The notes beneath the pieces are model-generated. The model searched no databases. It was not told the DNA's origin and saw nothing but the letters and a program-made list of their open reading frames with translations. This document shows positions 24,034-35,889 of a DNA stretch of 64,000 nucleotides, one piece after another (position 1 is the first letter of the stretch; each line of letters begins with the position of its first letter). The DNA is taken from the NCBI GenBank assembly GCA_965112155.1, contig OZ218102.1. One strand, given 5' to 3'. This DNA comes from Podarcis liolepis. Its lineage: Eukaryota. The translations under genes and the position numbers were made by a program.

Positions 24034-26210
24034 TTTACCCTGCATGTGCAACACGGAAGCCAGACCTGAAAACCTGAAATTTGCCAAATTTGAAGCAAAA
24101 CATATGCAACAGTTACCCCCACCTTCTAACTTATTATGTATTAAACATCCACCTCAGCAGTGCTAGTGTACAGACTGAGAGACACAGCAAGACATGGACT
24201 GCACTGTCCAGGTGCTCCCAATTAATGGGGAGGTAGCACAACTCTGACATGTTTGGTTGTACTTGTTGCTAGGTGGCAGCAAAGGAAAAAGGTGTACCAG
24301 GGTAAAAACCCACAGTACAGTATGTTGCCACAGCTTGCTTACATTGGTTGCTGTTGATCATGGCACCTAGAGCAGCGAATGCTGGCCCACCCCCAATTTT
24401 CTGCCTCTGCCATGTTCTGGCTCCTACCAGTTAATACAACCTGCCCTCATCCTTCTATTCACATAAATTATTGAAAAGAAAATTTTTACTGTTAGCTTAA
24501 GAAAGTATTTTTTAAAAAATAATTAATAGTACAGAATTTTCTTCTTCTTTTGATTTCTACTTCCTATAGTTTTCTGGATAAAGGGATAAAGAAAATAAAT
24601 TTCATCAAGAAGCAGCACAAGTAAATTTAGTAGTTTTTCTTTTATGTCCAAAAAAGGTCAAGTGATGCCCTATGCTTCAAAACCAGGCAAGAGCATAATA
24701 TAAATTCATGATACCTAATTCCATCAATAAGATACTGATACCACAGGAATGGTCCAAAATGATAATTTAAAGCAAGCTGATTTATATGCTACATCTTGTT
24801 TAGAGTGAGCATTTTCACCAATAGGATTGGATATGACACTTTGAAGTGAATGCTAAGATTAAAGACTTGTTATGTAACCACAATAATGTACAGAAGATGT
24901 AAAATCATCTTGACAAGCTTTTAGAAAATCTATTAAAGAATTGCAGATTATCTTTTCAAATATGAACTGTTCTGTTCAACATTTCTTCTGAATTGCTACA
25001 ATAATTGTAGTATACACCAGGCATTACTCTTTTTCTTTCTTTTGCTAGGAATTCATTCCTCTCCAACTCCCAAATACAACATTGTTTTTAGGCTATAAAA
25101 GTTATGTTGTACTAATGTGGATTAAGGAAACATTATAAAGATTGGAACTGAAGATAAAAAAGGTGGTATATCTGGAGATGATAATATGAATCACCTTGGT
25201 ATGTAACTCGATAGGAAGCTTGTACATTGGCAGCTAGAATTGTGATAGTATATTTGTGGGTCCCTCTGAAGCTGGTCAGAAGGCAAAAGGGGATTTGGAA
25301 ATTGCAGCTGGATTTGCTATGGACGTCAGAAACAAAGCATGTGGTTTCCTTAGCAAGAAGATATAGGTCAGAGAATAGGTCAGGCAAAACACCAAGAATT
25401 TTCAACAATGTCTAGCTAAATTTGTAGCATAACATTCACAGCGAGCTTGTGCCCAATATATTTATGACTGCAATATGTACAGGATTACTGTTTGGATCTA
25501 GAGCTTGGAGTCTGAAGAGGAGAAATGGGAAGCCAAAACGGAGTTTGCAACAGGAGCAGCCTGCAGGGAGGGGGTGGTGCCACACACCTGGGCTCTTGGC
25601 AGCATCATCACCGCTATGCACAAAGATGTGGAGGTTCAAGGCAGTAGTGAGGTTGCAGCAGTGCAAACACGCCAGTGGAGACAATCCAGTGCTCCCATCA
25701 GTGAGCCCACGCCACCACCCTGACCTTGCCTCTCCCCTTCAGTATCCTGGTCAATGGCAGTGAGGCCAGTGCTAGGGGACTATCTTCATACTTTTCTGTC
25801 TGTTTTCCGGGGTAGGTGGGTTGTCTCAACTTGCTTCTTTTGGTTTATGGCTCTGCCCTACCCTTCAGTGAGATGCTGTGTTCCAACTTGCTTTATAAAG
25901 AAGCCCTGACCTTACCAAGAGGAGAAATGAGGGTCTCCACAGTGTGTGGCTTAGCCCTGTCTTGCATTACAGCTGATTTGGCAGAAAAGCAGCATGTGAC
26001 AAGGGCATGTATGAAAATTCAACTCAGAACTGTTTGTCTTAACTAGTTGTCCATCAAATTTAACAACTGATGGCTCTTACATGTTGCGAACACCTGAGGA
26101 ATTTTGCCAAAAGCTAAAAGCATTTGGATAAGGTTAAAAAAATAATAATTGGTGTGGTGGTGAGGTCCCATGTGCAGTTTGCATCTACTGCACCACTGCA
26201 AAGTGTAGGC

Positions 26211-26400
26211 AGGAGTAGATGGAATGGTCATGGTGTGGTGTTCACCTGACCTTCTGACAGCTGAACCAAGGAGGACCAAGGCGGTAGGGAGGTCAGCATG
26301 GTGCAAACACACCAGCCAGGAGTGCCAGCTTGGCTCTGCACTATGCCACCTCAATCAACTGACAGGTGAGTGCAGCAGACCCACCATGCTATCTACTACT
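26211..26400. repeat. Degenerate inverted repeat / old MITE
   Basis: aggagtagat..atggt..ttcacctg pairs with caggtgag..accat..atctactact. Confidence 0.5.
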
Positions 26401-29228
26401 GTGTGTTGGATTTTTCTCTATGGGCTGAGCACAATGATTAAATTATCAACCTATCAAATCTGAGAAACTGAAAATATGTCCCCACCTTGTTGATAAAGGA
26501 GAATGATAAAAGTCCACCAGTATGCAGAATTGTGGAATCTTACTCTCCAAAAGAAAAAAGAAAAACAGATGGCAACAACACTTGGATTAACGTTTAGGAT
26601 TTAACCATGCATAATACTGTCACCATTCATAATTTCTACAGCACATCTCTGCATAAATTCTACAGCACATTAGTCTGGAGACTAATTATCATATTTGTCC
26701 TTAAGATAGCCTGCTGACATAGGCGATTGTTACTGTTCTTTTACAGAATGGCAGAAAATGACTTGCCCATGTGCATCTAGAGCTTAAGAAAGACTCCAGC
26801 CGAGATCCAAGTACGGCATTCAAGAGTCGTGCAAAGCTATATGCAGGCTAAGAAGACAGATTAGAAAATAAAGAATTCATTCAAGATAGGTCAATCACCT
26901 AACACTTTGGTAAAATACATTTATGACTAAACAAATTTTGGGAGGTAGTTTAATTTCATTATGTTTCATAATAACTAAAAAAAAAAATACATTATTTTCA
27001 TGTCCTTCCAATTCTAAAGGATGCTTTTTGTGATATTACATCATTAGCTTGACAGATATATGGAAAATGGCTAGTGGAGCACACTCCTTATAAAGCTTAT
27101 TCAAGCAACAGACCAGCATGAAGCCATGTGGAAATCCATTTACGCAGTTAGATACTTTCACTTACAATCCGGCCCTGCTGGATACTTTAATTCATGAATA
27201 ATAATAACCCCCAAAAAGAGAGAGGGCGAGAGAAGGAGGCCTGGGCATGGCTTTGTTGTGTTTGAGAAACTCACAGAGCATCTCACAGCAATTCATTTTT
27301 TATTATTTGAATACCTCAAAATAAAAATAAAAATCTCTTGCCTCTAATTAGAGCCACAAACATTAGTAAAAGCAGAAAGAGAATCCCCATTCATTACGCA
27401 TAGCATAACAAGCATCGAAACATCCTTCTACTACTGCATCTCATGGTAGCACCTGACACTTTTGAGTACACAGTTTACTGCTAAGCCTAATAAGTCCCCC
27501 AGGGTTTCATCCACAATTTCACTACTTTCTCATCTAACAGTCTCTCTCTTGGAATCACAGAACGGTGTATAATCTGAACAGCACTGAGAATGTAAAAATG
27601 TTTCATCTTAGTAAACTCCCCCAATCTCAATGATTGTTTCAGCAGGAGAGAAGAACTTACATACAGCACTAATTCATAGTAAAAAAAGATAAGATAAAAT
27701 TAAGTTAAAACAAAAACCACCCACACACCAAGAATACAGTACATTGGCAGGGCTGGGGGAATTACAGTGAGATTTTTTAAAAACAAATTCTGCACATATA
27801 TGTTTAGGAAGGGACATGCCCAAAACTGTACTATCAGGGTATTACAAAACACAGTATGGTGCTGGAATGGAGGGAGATTTGTCAGAATAAATATATAGGA
27901 CCGAGGTACCTAAGAGGCAAAAGTAATCTGAGCACCTTTGGTCTAAGATGCTGTACTATAAGGAAAGCTGGAGTTCCATTCTGGGTCACTGTGCACATCA
28001 CCATGAAACATATAAGTGGGTATTCCCTGTTCTGCCTATGCCCTGCTCAGCTCTATCCCCGTTCAGTGCCATTTTTGGCATATGTGTCAGCGAGCGTGCT
28101 GATCGTGTGCAAGTGGAGACACACCTGTATAGAATTCCGCTAAAATGTTTCCTAACGAAATTGCCTTCTTGAATTTTACGACATTTCTTATTTCTTTCAA
28201 CATTTTTAATGGACAATAATATACCAGTGTTGTCTGCTTTCTTAAATCTGAGGATGAAAGCCCCTGGCAGATTTTTGCATCCTCAAACCCTATAGCAAAC
28301 ATCTGCTAAGCACTTAGAAAGGAAACTATGTTCTCCACACTACCTATAGAAAGTACTCATGGTGTCTGGCTATGTTAGTCCTTTATTTAAATGGAAACCT
28401 GTTTTATCTGCTTAATACAGCCTTTCTAATACTTTGAGCTTGCCTTATGCACACTAGAAGCAAATATTTTCTTTCTACACCTCTCTCGTTCAAGCAAATT
28501 TTAATCTTGCAATGTTGAATTTCCTCCTGGACTCATTTCTATCAACCACTTTCTATATACAAACTTATCTTTCACTCTGTGTAACATGGTCAAAGGTTGA
28601 CCATTATCTGTACTCCCTCTCATTCTTTCTGTCTCTAAATTGATGCTGCAGCTAAGTCATATTGCTTCTTTATGATGTCGCTGAAATTCATGTTTTACTT
28701 TCTACTGACTCAGCAAAATCCTTTAGCTTTTATTGCACATTTCTGCAAAGCTTTATTTTCAGTTGTTTCATAGTGCAAATACATCTTTGCCTCTTCTTCT
28801 TGTGTTATATAGCTCCCTTGCCGGAATGATCAAGTATCTCCGCTTTTCTCATCATCAACTTCCCCCATCATATAAAGTTGTTCCATCTTACTTTTTAAAA
28901 GTATTGATGGGCCTGGCATTCCCTATCCCTCTTCCTTACTCTCTCTTTACCTGCCTTTCCACACACATTCTTTTAGTTGAACTTTCTTCTCCCTGCACTC
29001 TTTTCTGTCTCACTGCCGATACGGTGACGTTCTATTTTATTTAAAACTCTCTTCAAGTATCATTCACCCCTCCAATTTCCTTTCCCATTTTGAACATTCA
29101 CTCACCTCTCCCCAAATCTTTACTTACTTCCCTTTTTCTTCTTCCTAGCATCTAATGAATCTCTTTCCCTTCCTCTCTCCATGTCCGTCCTACCTTCCTT
29201 TTTTGGTGTATGTGTGTGTGTGTTAAAC

Positions 29229-29364
29229 CAGTGGCGTAGCGTGGGGGGGCAGCTGCACCGGGCGCAACATCTGGGGGTTAGGGTTAGGGGGCGCAAACCC
29301 ACGGGTTAGGGGGCACAAATTACTTGCCTTGCCCCGGGTGCTGACAACCCACGCTACGCCACTG
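29229..29364. mobile_element. hAT MITE with internal TTAGGG units
   Basis: Perfect 17-bp TIR cagtggcgtagcgtggg / cccacgctacgccactg; flanks tgttaaac / tgttatat (6/8 TSD). Confidence 0.9.
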
Positions 29365-31551
29365 TGTTATATACACACACACATATAATATATATTAATA
29401 ACAAGCACCATGACCAAAGTTAAACTGTTAATAGATGGAAGAAATATAATTTAGTAGTATTAACTTCTTCCAGTCTCACCACATGAAGCTCTATAAATCA
29501 CTTTCAGCCTTAAAAAATAAAAAAAAATAGTAATGAACTAAATGCCAGGTGTTAACATTTGCTACAGATGATGAACAAATACTTATTAAAACAAGGCAGA
29601 CAAAGAGAGCTTCACTGTCTGCAGAACATTTCTTCAGAGAAAGCACAGCAAGAGATTTACATTTCTGGAGAGAGCTATAATAGACTGCAGCCCTACAGGG
29701 TGGAACAGCTGAAGATAATGTGCCACACAATGATCCATTTTAGAAAGCCAATGCCAAAGCAATGAGTAGGCTTTCTCCCTCTTTTCAAGAAGACACAGCT
29801 GTTGTTAAAGCATACTCTATTTCCAGAAATGGTAGGGAGAATCCATTTATATTAAAGGTTTGCATTGTTCATGTATGTTTACTTTTGCTACATGTTTACT
29901 GACAGCATTTTCAAACAAACACATGTGGAAGCCAAATTCAGAAATGAAGTAGAAAATAATTAATATTTCTAACCACAACAATGTTAAGCAGATTATTGCT
30001 TAAGCCACAGATGCATTAAATCTACTCAAGATAGAAAAAGCTCTGCAACTTGCCAAATCACTTTTTGGCTTTAAAAAAGTCCTTGATAAATGAAAATAAA
30101 GTGGGAAGGCTATGCACAACATAGTAAAAATCAAAATTAAACCCTTAATAAGTTCAGAGTGGTCTCAAGAATTTAAAAGGCAGCTTTGTTCAACTAAAAC
30201 ATTATTTTTTACTAAAGGTTTGCTCCATATTAATAGATACAGTATTGCAATTCCGTGTCTGTTACTTCTACCAAAAAGATGCCCCAGATAGTGAAAAACC
30301 TTCTAGAGTTTGTTTTTATTTACATTATTCTGGCTGTTTGCTTGCAATCTACCTGATGATAGATATGGTTGGAAGTTGCCATTAACTATTAAGGAACTCA
30401 GACTCCTTCATAGCAATCTGATAGGATGCATATAATAATACTTTACCAAAGATAGCCTTCTCGCTATACAAAGATCCAGTAGGAGTAAGCAGAGGCTTCA
30501 ATGGGGCTCTTTGAGGAGAGATACAGCAGAGAAGTATGGTGCAGAGATGGAGGCCAGGAGGGGACTGCAACGGCTGGTGTGGGTATGAGGAAACAGAAGC
30601 AGGGTTGCACATTCTGATAACGATGAGGGATTGGCACAAGTTCTGGAAGAGGAAGATGTGGCGATGGAGCCTCTTGGTATGAGAAGGTATGTCATGGCCC
30701 TAGCTTCCAAGTTCAGAGGGATATGAGTGGCCAAGTCCAAAGCTTCTGTATCACTGGCTGAAGAACTGAAATGGGTTCCTAATACTGAACATGAGGTTGG
30801 CAGTGAGGAGCATGCAGAATCCAAGGTAGGATGAATTCACCCAAGCCTGATTCAGCTGAACACCCACCCATTTCACAAATGCTGCCTAACAGTGCAAGGA
30901 GCACACTAAGTAGGAGGTCACACAAAGGAGTATACTTGCTTGTCTTCAAGGCAAGGGGATGGCCCACATGTTTCAGGTGGGGGGGAATGAGCTTGGAAAG
31001 GGTTGACTATATTTGGAGCATGTTCTTCATGATGCTGCAACCACAGGACTGCCTTGATGGCTTGTGGGTACTTCCTATTGATGAATCAGAATGGTTTGCA
31101 TGGTTTTTTTCTTAAGCAGATACTCTCTTGATCACTTCAACAGATTAGGAGTCTGAGCAAGAATTTCAAATGGAAAATATCCGACTCAGGTGGCAACCAT
31201 TCTGCTGATGACACCATGCTTGCTTTTAGCTAAAAGAGATTGGATCGGATGTCAGTATCTAATCATTGTGGCACCCTTTCTTTTCATAATAATAGTACTA
31301 GAAAACAAATCAGATGGATTACAGGAAGGATTTGCTGCCAGTGAAGCTTTTTCCAGGAGGAAAGGAAAGTGTTTTTTTCAAGCTTTGCAAGCTAGTGACC
31401 ATATTTCAGCTGCCTCTGATGATAACCGATAACAGTGGGTAATAAGAACGGCTTTCACAATATTCTCCCATGAATTCAATCAAAGTGCTCATTGCTCTAA
31501 CACTGAACTTTTGTTTGTGTGAAAAAGAAAAAGAAAAACCATTTTCTATCT

Positions 31552-31760
31552 GGGGACTGTGTGGCTTAGAGACTGGAAATAGCACATAAAGCTCTTCACC
31601 TCTGGGGTCACTGCTCAAATCTGGCTAGGTCAGTGGAGCACCAAACTTACCACTGCATGCTGGTTATTAGCTGGCTTATATGGGGAGTGCAAGGAAGAAA
31701 GAGTTAATCATTTCAGAACTAAAGCCTGATCTGTGCACACTTCACTGAAACCATTTGCAG
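31552..31760 (+). mobile_element. LF-SINE relic (5' part)
   Basis: ggggactgtgtggcttag..actggaaat..ttcacctct..gtcactg..aatct..aggtcagt..ttacca follows the LF-SINE consensus head as I recall it. Confidence 0.7.
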
Positions 31761-32638
31761 CAACAGAACCCATATTGTTAATTTAGATAATCTCCCATAA
31801 TAAGATGGGCCACATAAGGAAAAGTCAAGTTCTGAGCAACAGAAGCTTATCTAGCTTCCAGAACAGGAACCCCATTTCTTTTGCAGAGGTTCAGCAAATG
31901 CTTTGTATCACTGTGTAGGGAGAAATCTCCTGCCCCAAAAACTATTTGCCCTGTTGCTTAGTGGATTAACCATTAACGATGACTTCTGAGTGATCAGAAA
32001 TAGGTATCTGCTAGAAATGCAAGCCACACACCATGTGGTTCTTTGGATCCTGGCTTATGAGGAGACACAGGATTTTGTTCCCACCCATTTCCTTCATAAT
32101 GTGAACACAAAGGCAGACATCTGCATATGTAAATCAGCAAGAAGGAAGAGTGTTTAATAATTTCTTTGCATTCCAAATTTCTCCTGCAAATGCTGCCCAC
32201 CCCCGCCATTTTAAGGTGTCTCTCTGTCTCGCCTTTTCCACCCCAGGCTTTGAGACCAAAAGAAACCTGCAACAAGGAAAAAGCATCCCATGGGCATTTG
32301 CTGAAGGGAATCAACAATGCAGAAAGTGTTCAACATCCTTCTCTCGCCTACTAATCCTTCCTTCTAAATGCCCCTGCTCCAGGATTAGCATTAACCAGCA
32401 GAAACAATATCTGTCATTATAAAATCCAGTTCTGCCCTCCGTCTTTAGCACTCACAAAGAAAATGATGATGCGACATCCACCCCTGGGTAGCCTTATTAC
32501 TAAGGCAAAGGAAGAGTGCAAAACAATATTGTGTGAGAGGTGGCCTTTAGAATAATACATAGTAGCTTGCCTAGGAGCAGTCTATATGTGAATGCATTTT
32601 AAATTATTTTTAATTATGTTACAAATGGGACCTGAAAC

Positions 32639-32816
32639 CAGTGGTGGACCTCGGAGTCTTAAATTTCAGCAGCACCTTGTGCAACAGCAAAATTTGGCAC
32701 CCCCTTTGATTCTCACCTTCCATTTTACCTCATAGTAGTGGCAGCCCTGGCAGTGCCCCAGAGGCTCCGTGCCCCAGTGCGACCAAATCAGTCATGCTCC
32801 TCTAAATTCGCCTCTG
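32639..32816. mobile_element. Old hAT-type MITE
   Basis: cagtggtgga / taaattcgcctctg termini; flanks ctgaaac / ctgcaac. Confidence 0.5.
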
Positions 32817-33251
32817 CTGCAACAGTGTTATTCTTCCCAGTTGGTGTGCTCATGTTCAGGGTTCCAGCTATCCCATTCTCTCCCCCTCCCCCCCCCCGGT
32901 CTTTTCATTTTACTTCTACTACCAACATTTAGCATCCCCTAGCTACTGAGCATGTTCAGTCCTCACTGGTCCATGATGAATCAACACCATCTAAACAGAT
33001 GGAATGGATATTCCCCTACAGTTAATCAGATTGTGCTTGTTCTGGTCATGACAGAAAAATCACAGCCAGCCTCTTTAGTCTCTCACATGGGCTCTCCCAG
33101 GATGGCAGAGTGCTCTTGCAGAATATCATGAATCCTGTTAAGAGTTCAGTTCTTAAAAAATAAGTCATTTTTTCCTGGCTAAAACCTGAAAAATGACTCA
33201 CGACTTGGTATGTTCCTTCTATTGAGATCACATCCAGACATTAAGAATATA

Positions 33252-33498
33252 CAGTGGTACCTCAGGTTACATATGCTTCAGGTTACATACGCTTCAGGTT
33301 ACAGACTCCGCTAACCCAGAAATATTACCTCGGGTTAAGAACTTTGCTTCAGGTTGAGAACAGAAATCGTGCAGCAGCGGCGCAGCAGCAGCAGGAGGCC
33401 CCATTAGCTAAAATGGTGCTTCAGGTTAAGAACAGTTTCAGGTTAAGAACAGACCTCCAGAATGAATTACGGTAAGTTTTTAACCCGCGGTATCACAG
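33252..33498. mobile_element. Tigger-like MITE, family A
   Basis: ta|cagtggtacctcaggtta...taacccgcggtatcacag|ta; reverse complement of the 4808 copy. Confidence 0.9.
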
Positions 33499-33513
33499 TA
33501 CTGTTTAAATTTA

Positions 33514-34047
33514 CCGTATTTTTCGTCCCATAGGACGCACCTAGTTTTTTGGGGAGGAAATAAAGAAAAAAAATGTTTCCGTTATTTCCCCCCCAAAACC
33601 AGGTCGGGGAAACCAAACCAGGTTGGGGAACAGCGGTATGGCGGCGCTCCGCCTCCCGCTGTCCCCCGAGCTTGTGGGGCTGGCGCTGGGGAGAAGCGCG
33701 CTTCTCCCCAGCGCCAGCCTCCAAACCAGGTCGAGGAACAGCGGGATGGCGGTGCTGCACCTCCCCGCTGTCCCCTGAGATTGTGGGGCTGGCCGATGTC
33801 TGCCCGGCGTGTGGGGCGCTCTGCTTCAGGGCGCTCCACGCGCCGGGCAGCAGGCTGCTATCCGCAGCGTGGGGAGCCCTGCGGGAACTCCCGCGGGCTC
33901 CCCAGGCTTGCTGATAGCTTCCTGAAGCCTGGAGAGCAAGAGGGGTCGGTGCGCAGCGAAAGCCTGTATTCGCCCCATAGGACGCACACAGATTTCCCCT
34001 CCATTTTTGGAGGGGAAAAAGTGCGTCCTATAGGGCGAAAAATACAG
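33514..34047. mobile_element. pogo/Tigger-type non-autonomous element with GC-rich interior
   Basis: TIR ccgtatttttcgtcccataggacgcac / gtgcgtcctatagggcgaaaaatacag, TA flanks, extra internal TIR-like copy near 33966. Confidence 0.9.
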
Positions 34048-34499
34048 TAAGTAGATGTGTCCCTTCATTTTCTTTGTCAATGAGTTTTATACTTTGTTGG
34101 CTATTTTCCAAGCTATTGAGTACATACCAAATCAAACACAATTCTGTACATTTTATTAGAGAAAGCAGCGGCTTTTCAAAATACACTGCAGGATGGCACT
34201 TAAGGGGGGGCAGTACTCCTTCTACTTCCTTTGAAACTGTGTGGGTTGCACATCTAACACGAGCTGTTAATAAATATAGAAAGTGAATAGAAATATAGTG
34301 CTGTAATACAAAGGCACCATTCTACTGTTATAAACAATCTCTTTTTCAAACAAAAAAATACCACTTAAATCATTGTCTGAAATGAGAACTCATGCTGAAT
34401 AGGGTCTAAGGGAGCTCTTTTGTAGAGAGAAATAGATCTTTAAGGAAAATCATATTTTCTCCTTGTGGACATTTCATACAGGTGCACTGATGTCAATAG

Positions 34500-34582
34500 A
34501 GACTAATACCCACTTACCGAGAGTAAGCCCCATTGAAACAAATAGAGTTTACTTCTGAGCAAGCAGGCATAGTATTGCACTA
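34500..34582. repeat. ~80-bp palindromic squamate repeat
   Basis: cacttaccgagagtaagccccattgaa..agagtttacttctgag; degraded relatives near 7935-8010, 22072-22125, 39943-40000, 45468-45547. Confidence 0.6.
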
Positions 34583-34620
34583 TAGGACACCAACAATGGC
34601 TGCAATTAGGTGTAAGTAAT

Positions 34621-34872
34621 ACCAGTGTGGTGTAGTGGTTAAGAGCGGTAGTCTCGTAATCTGGGGAACCGGGTTCGCGTCTCCGCTCCTCCACATGCAG
34701 CTGCTGGGTGACCTTGGGCCAGTCACACTTCTCTGAAGTCTCTCAGCCCCACTCACCTCACAGAGTGTTTGTTGTGGGGGAGGAAGGGAAAGGAGAATGT
34801 TAGCCGCTTTGAGACTCCTTAAAGGGAGTGAAAGGCGGGATATCAAATCCAAACTCTTCTTCTTCTTCTTCT
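34621..34872 (+). mobile_element. Young tRNA/CORE-type SINE with L2-like tail (Squam3-like)
   Basis: A box tggtgtagtgg, B-box-like ggttcgcgtct, core gggtgaccttgggccagtcac, tail gccgctttgag..ggcgggatat, (tct)n end. Confidence 0.9.
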
Positions 34873-35175
34873 ACCACAGATCTGGTGGGCTGAGAACATG
34901 TAGTTTTCCATAGGACTGGGCTGCAATTCTGCTGGTCTTTACAATTCAACTTATCACAGAGATCAGCAATATAAAGCAGTCCACAATCTACCTCAGTATC
35001 AGAATTTCATTATGGACAGTTCCTTCACATGGTCCATTTTAAAGAAGTTGTGAGTTATACCCATAAGCTCCCTTTGCATCCTACATAAACAAAACTACAG
35101 GTTCAGGCCTCTGTGAGCTATGACTGACCCCCGTTTCCTAGCATGTGTTCCCAAAAGTAAAAATGAATTCACTTC

Positions 35176-35889
35176 AAGGAGTAATGAAAAGATTTGCTAA
35201 TGCCTGCTCTCTCCAGAGAGCGCCAGTGTAGTGTAGTGGTTAAGAGCGGTAGTCTCGTAATCTGGGGAACCAGGTTCGCGTCTACGCTCCTCCACATGCA
35301 GCTGCTGGGTGACCTTGGGCCAGTCACACTTCTCTGAAGTCTCTCAGCCCCACTCACCTCACAGAGTGTTTGTTGTGAGGGAAGAAGGGAAAGGAGATTG
35401 TTAGCCACTTTGAGACTCCTTAGGGTAGTGATAAAGCGGGGTATCAAATCCAAACTCCTCCTACTCCTCCTCCTCTTCTTCTTCTACCATTTCTCATTTT
35501 CCCATTATTAAATTCAGCCCTCCACATTTCTGCAGCAATTTGCCCATAAAAAAATCACAAAAATTGTTCAGCGTTTTAGTGCATTTCTCCCAATAAACCT
35601 ATTTTTGTATGTAGGTTTTGAATACTGTATGCATTTTTGCAAGCAGTTTATTCTAATCAATGCATTTGTGTGTGCTATTTTACTAACATATTCATTTGTA
35701 TGCACATTTTACCCATTATATGCATTTTTAGAAACATTGCTTGACTGGCAAACTACATTGCAAAACTGGGATATATACAAATTTTGAAGGATGGATGTAT
35801 TACAGTTCTAATAATGTTTGAGAAGGTGCAAGTCTGATAAGATTCAGCTTTTAATGTCAACTGAATTGAATTTTTCTCCTATCTTTCAA
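35176..35889. mobile_element. hAT-like non-autonomous element (same family as 37491), interrupted by a SINE
   Basis: Body collinear with 37491-38269 (cattgcaaaa...gaattgaattt..ctcc); resumes as tttctcattttccc after the SINE. Confidence 0.65.
35216..35485 (+). mobile_element. Young tRNA/CORE-type SINE (second copy)
   Basis: Near-identical to 34621-34872; (cct)/(tct)n tail. Confidence 0.9.

Noticed and set aside
33467-34080. GC-rich ORFs and apparent CpG-island promoter
   Set aside because: Explained by the MITE interior
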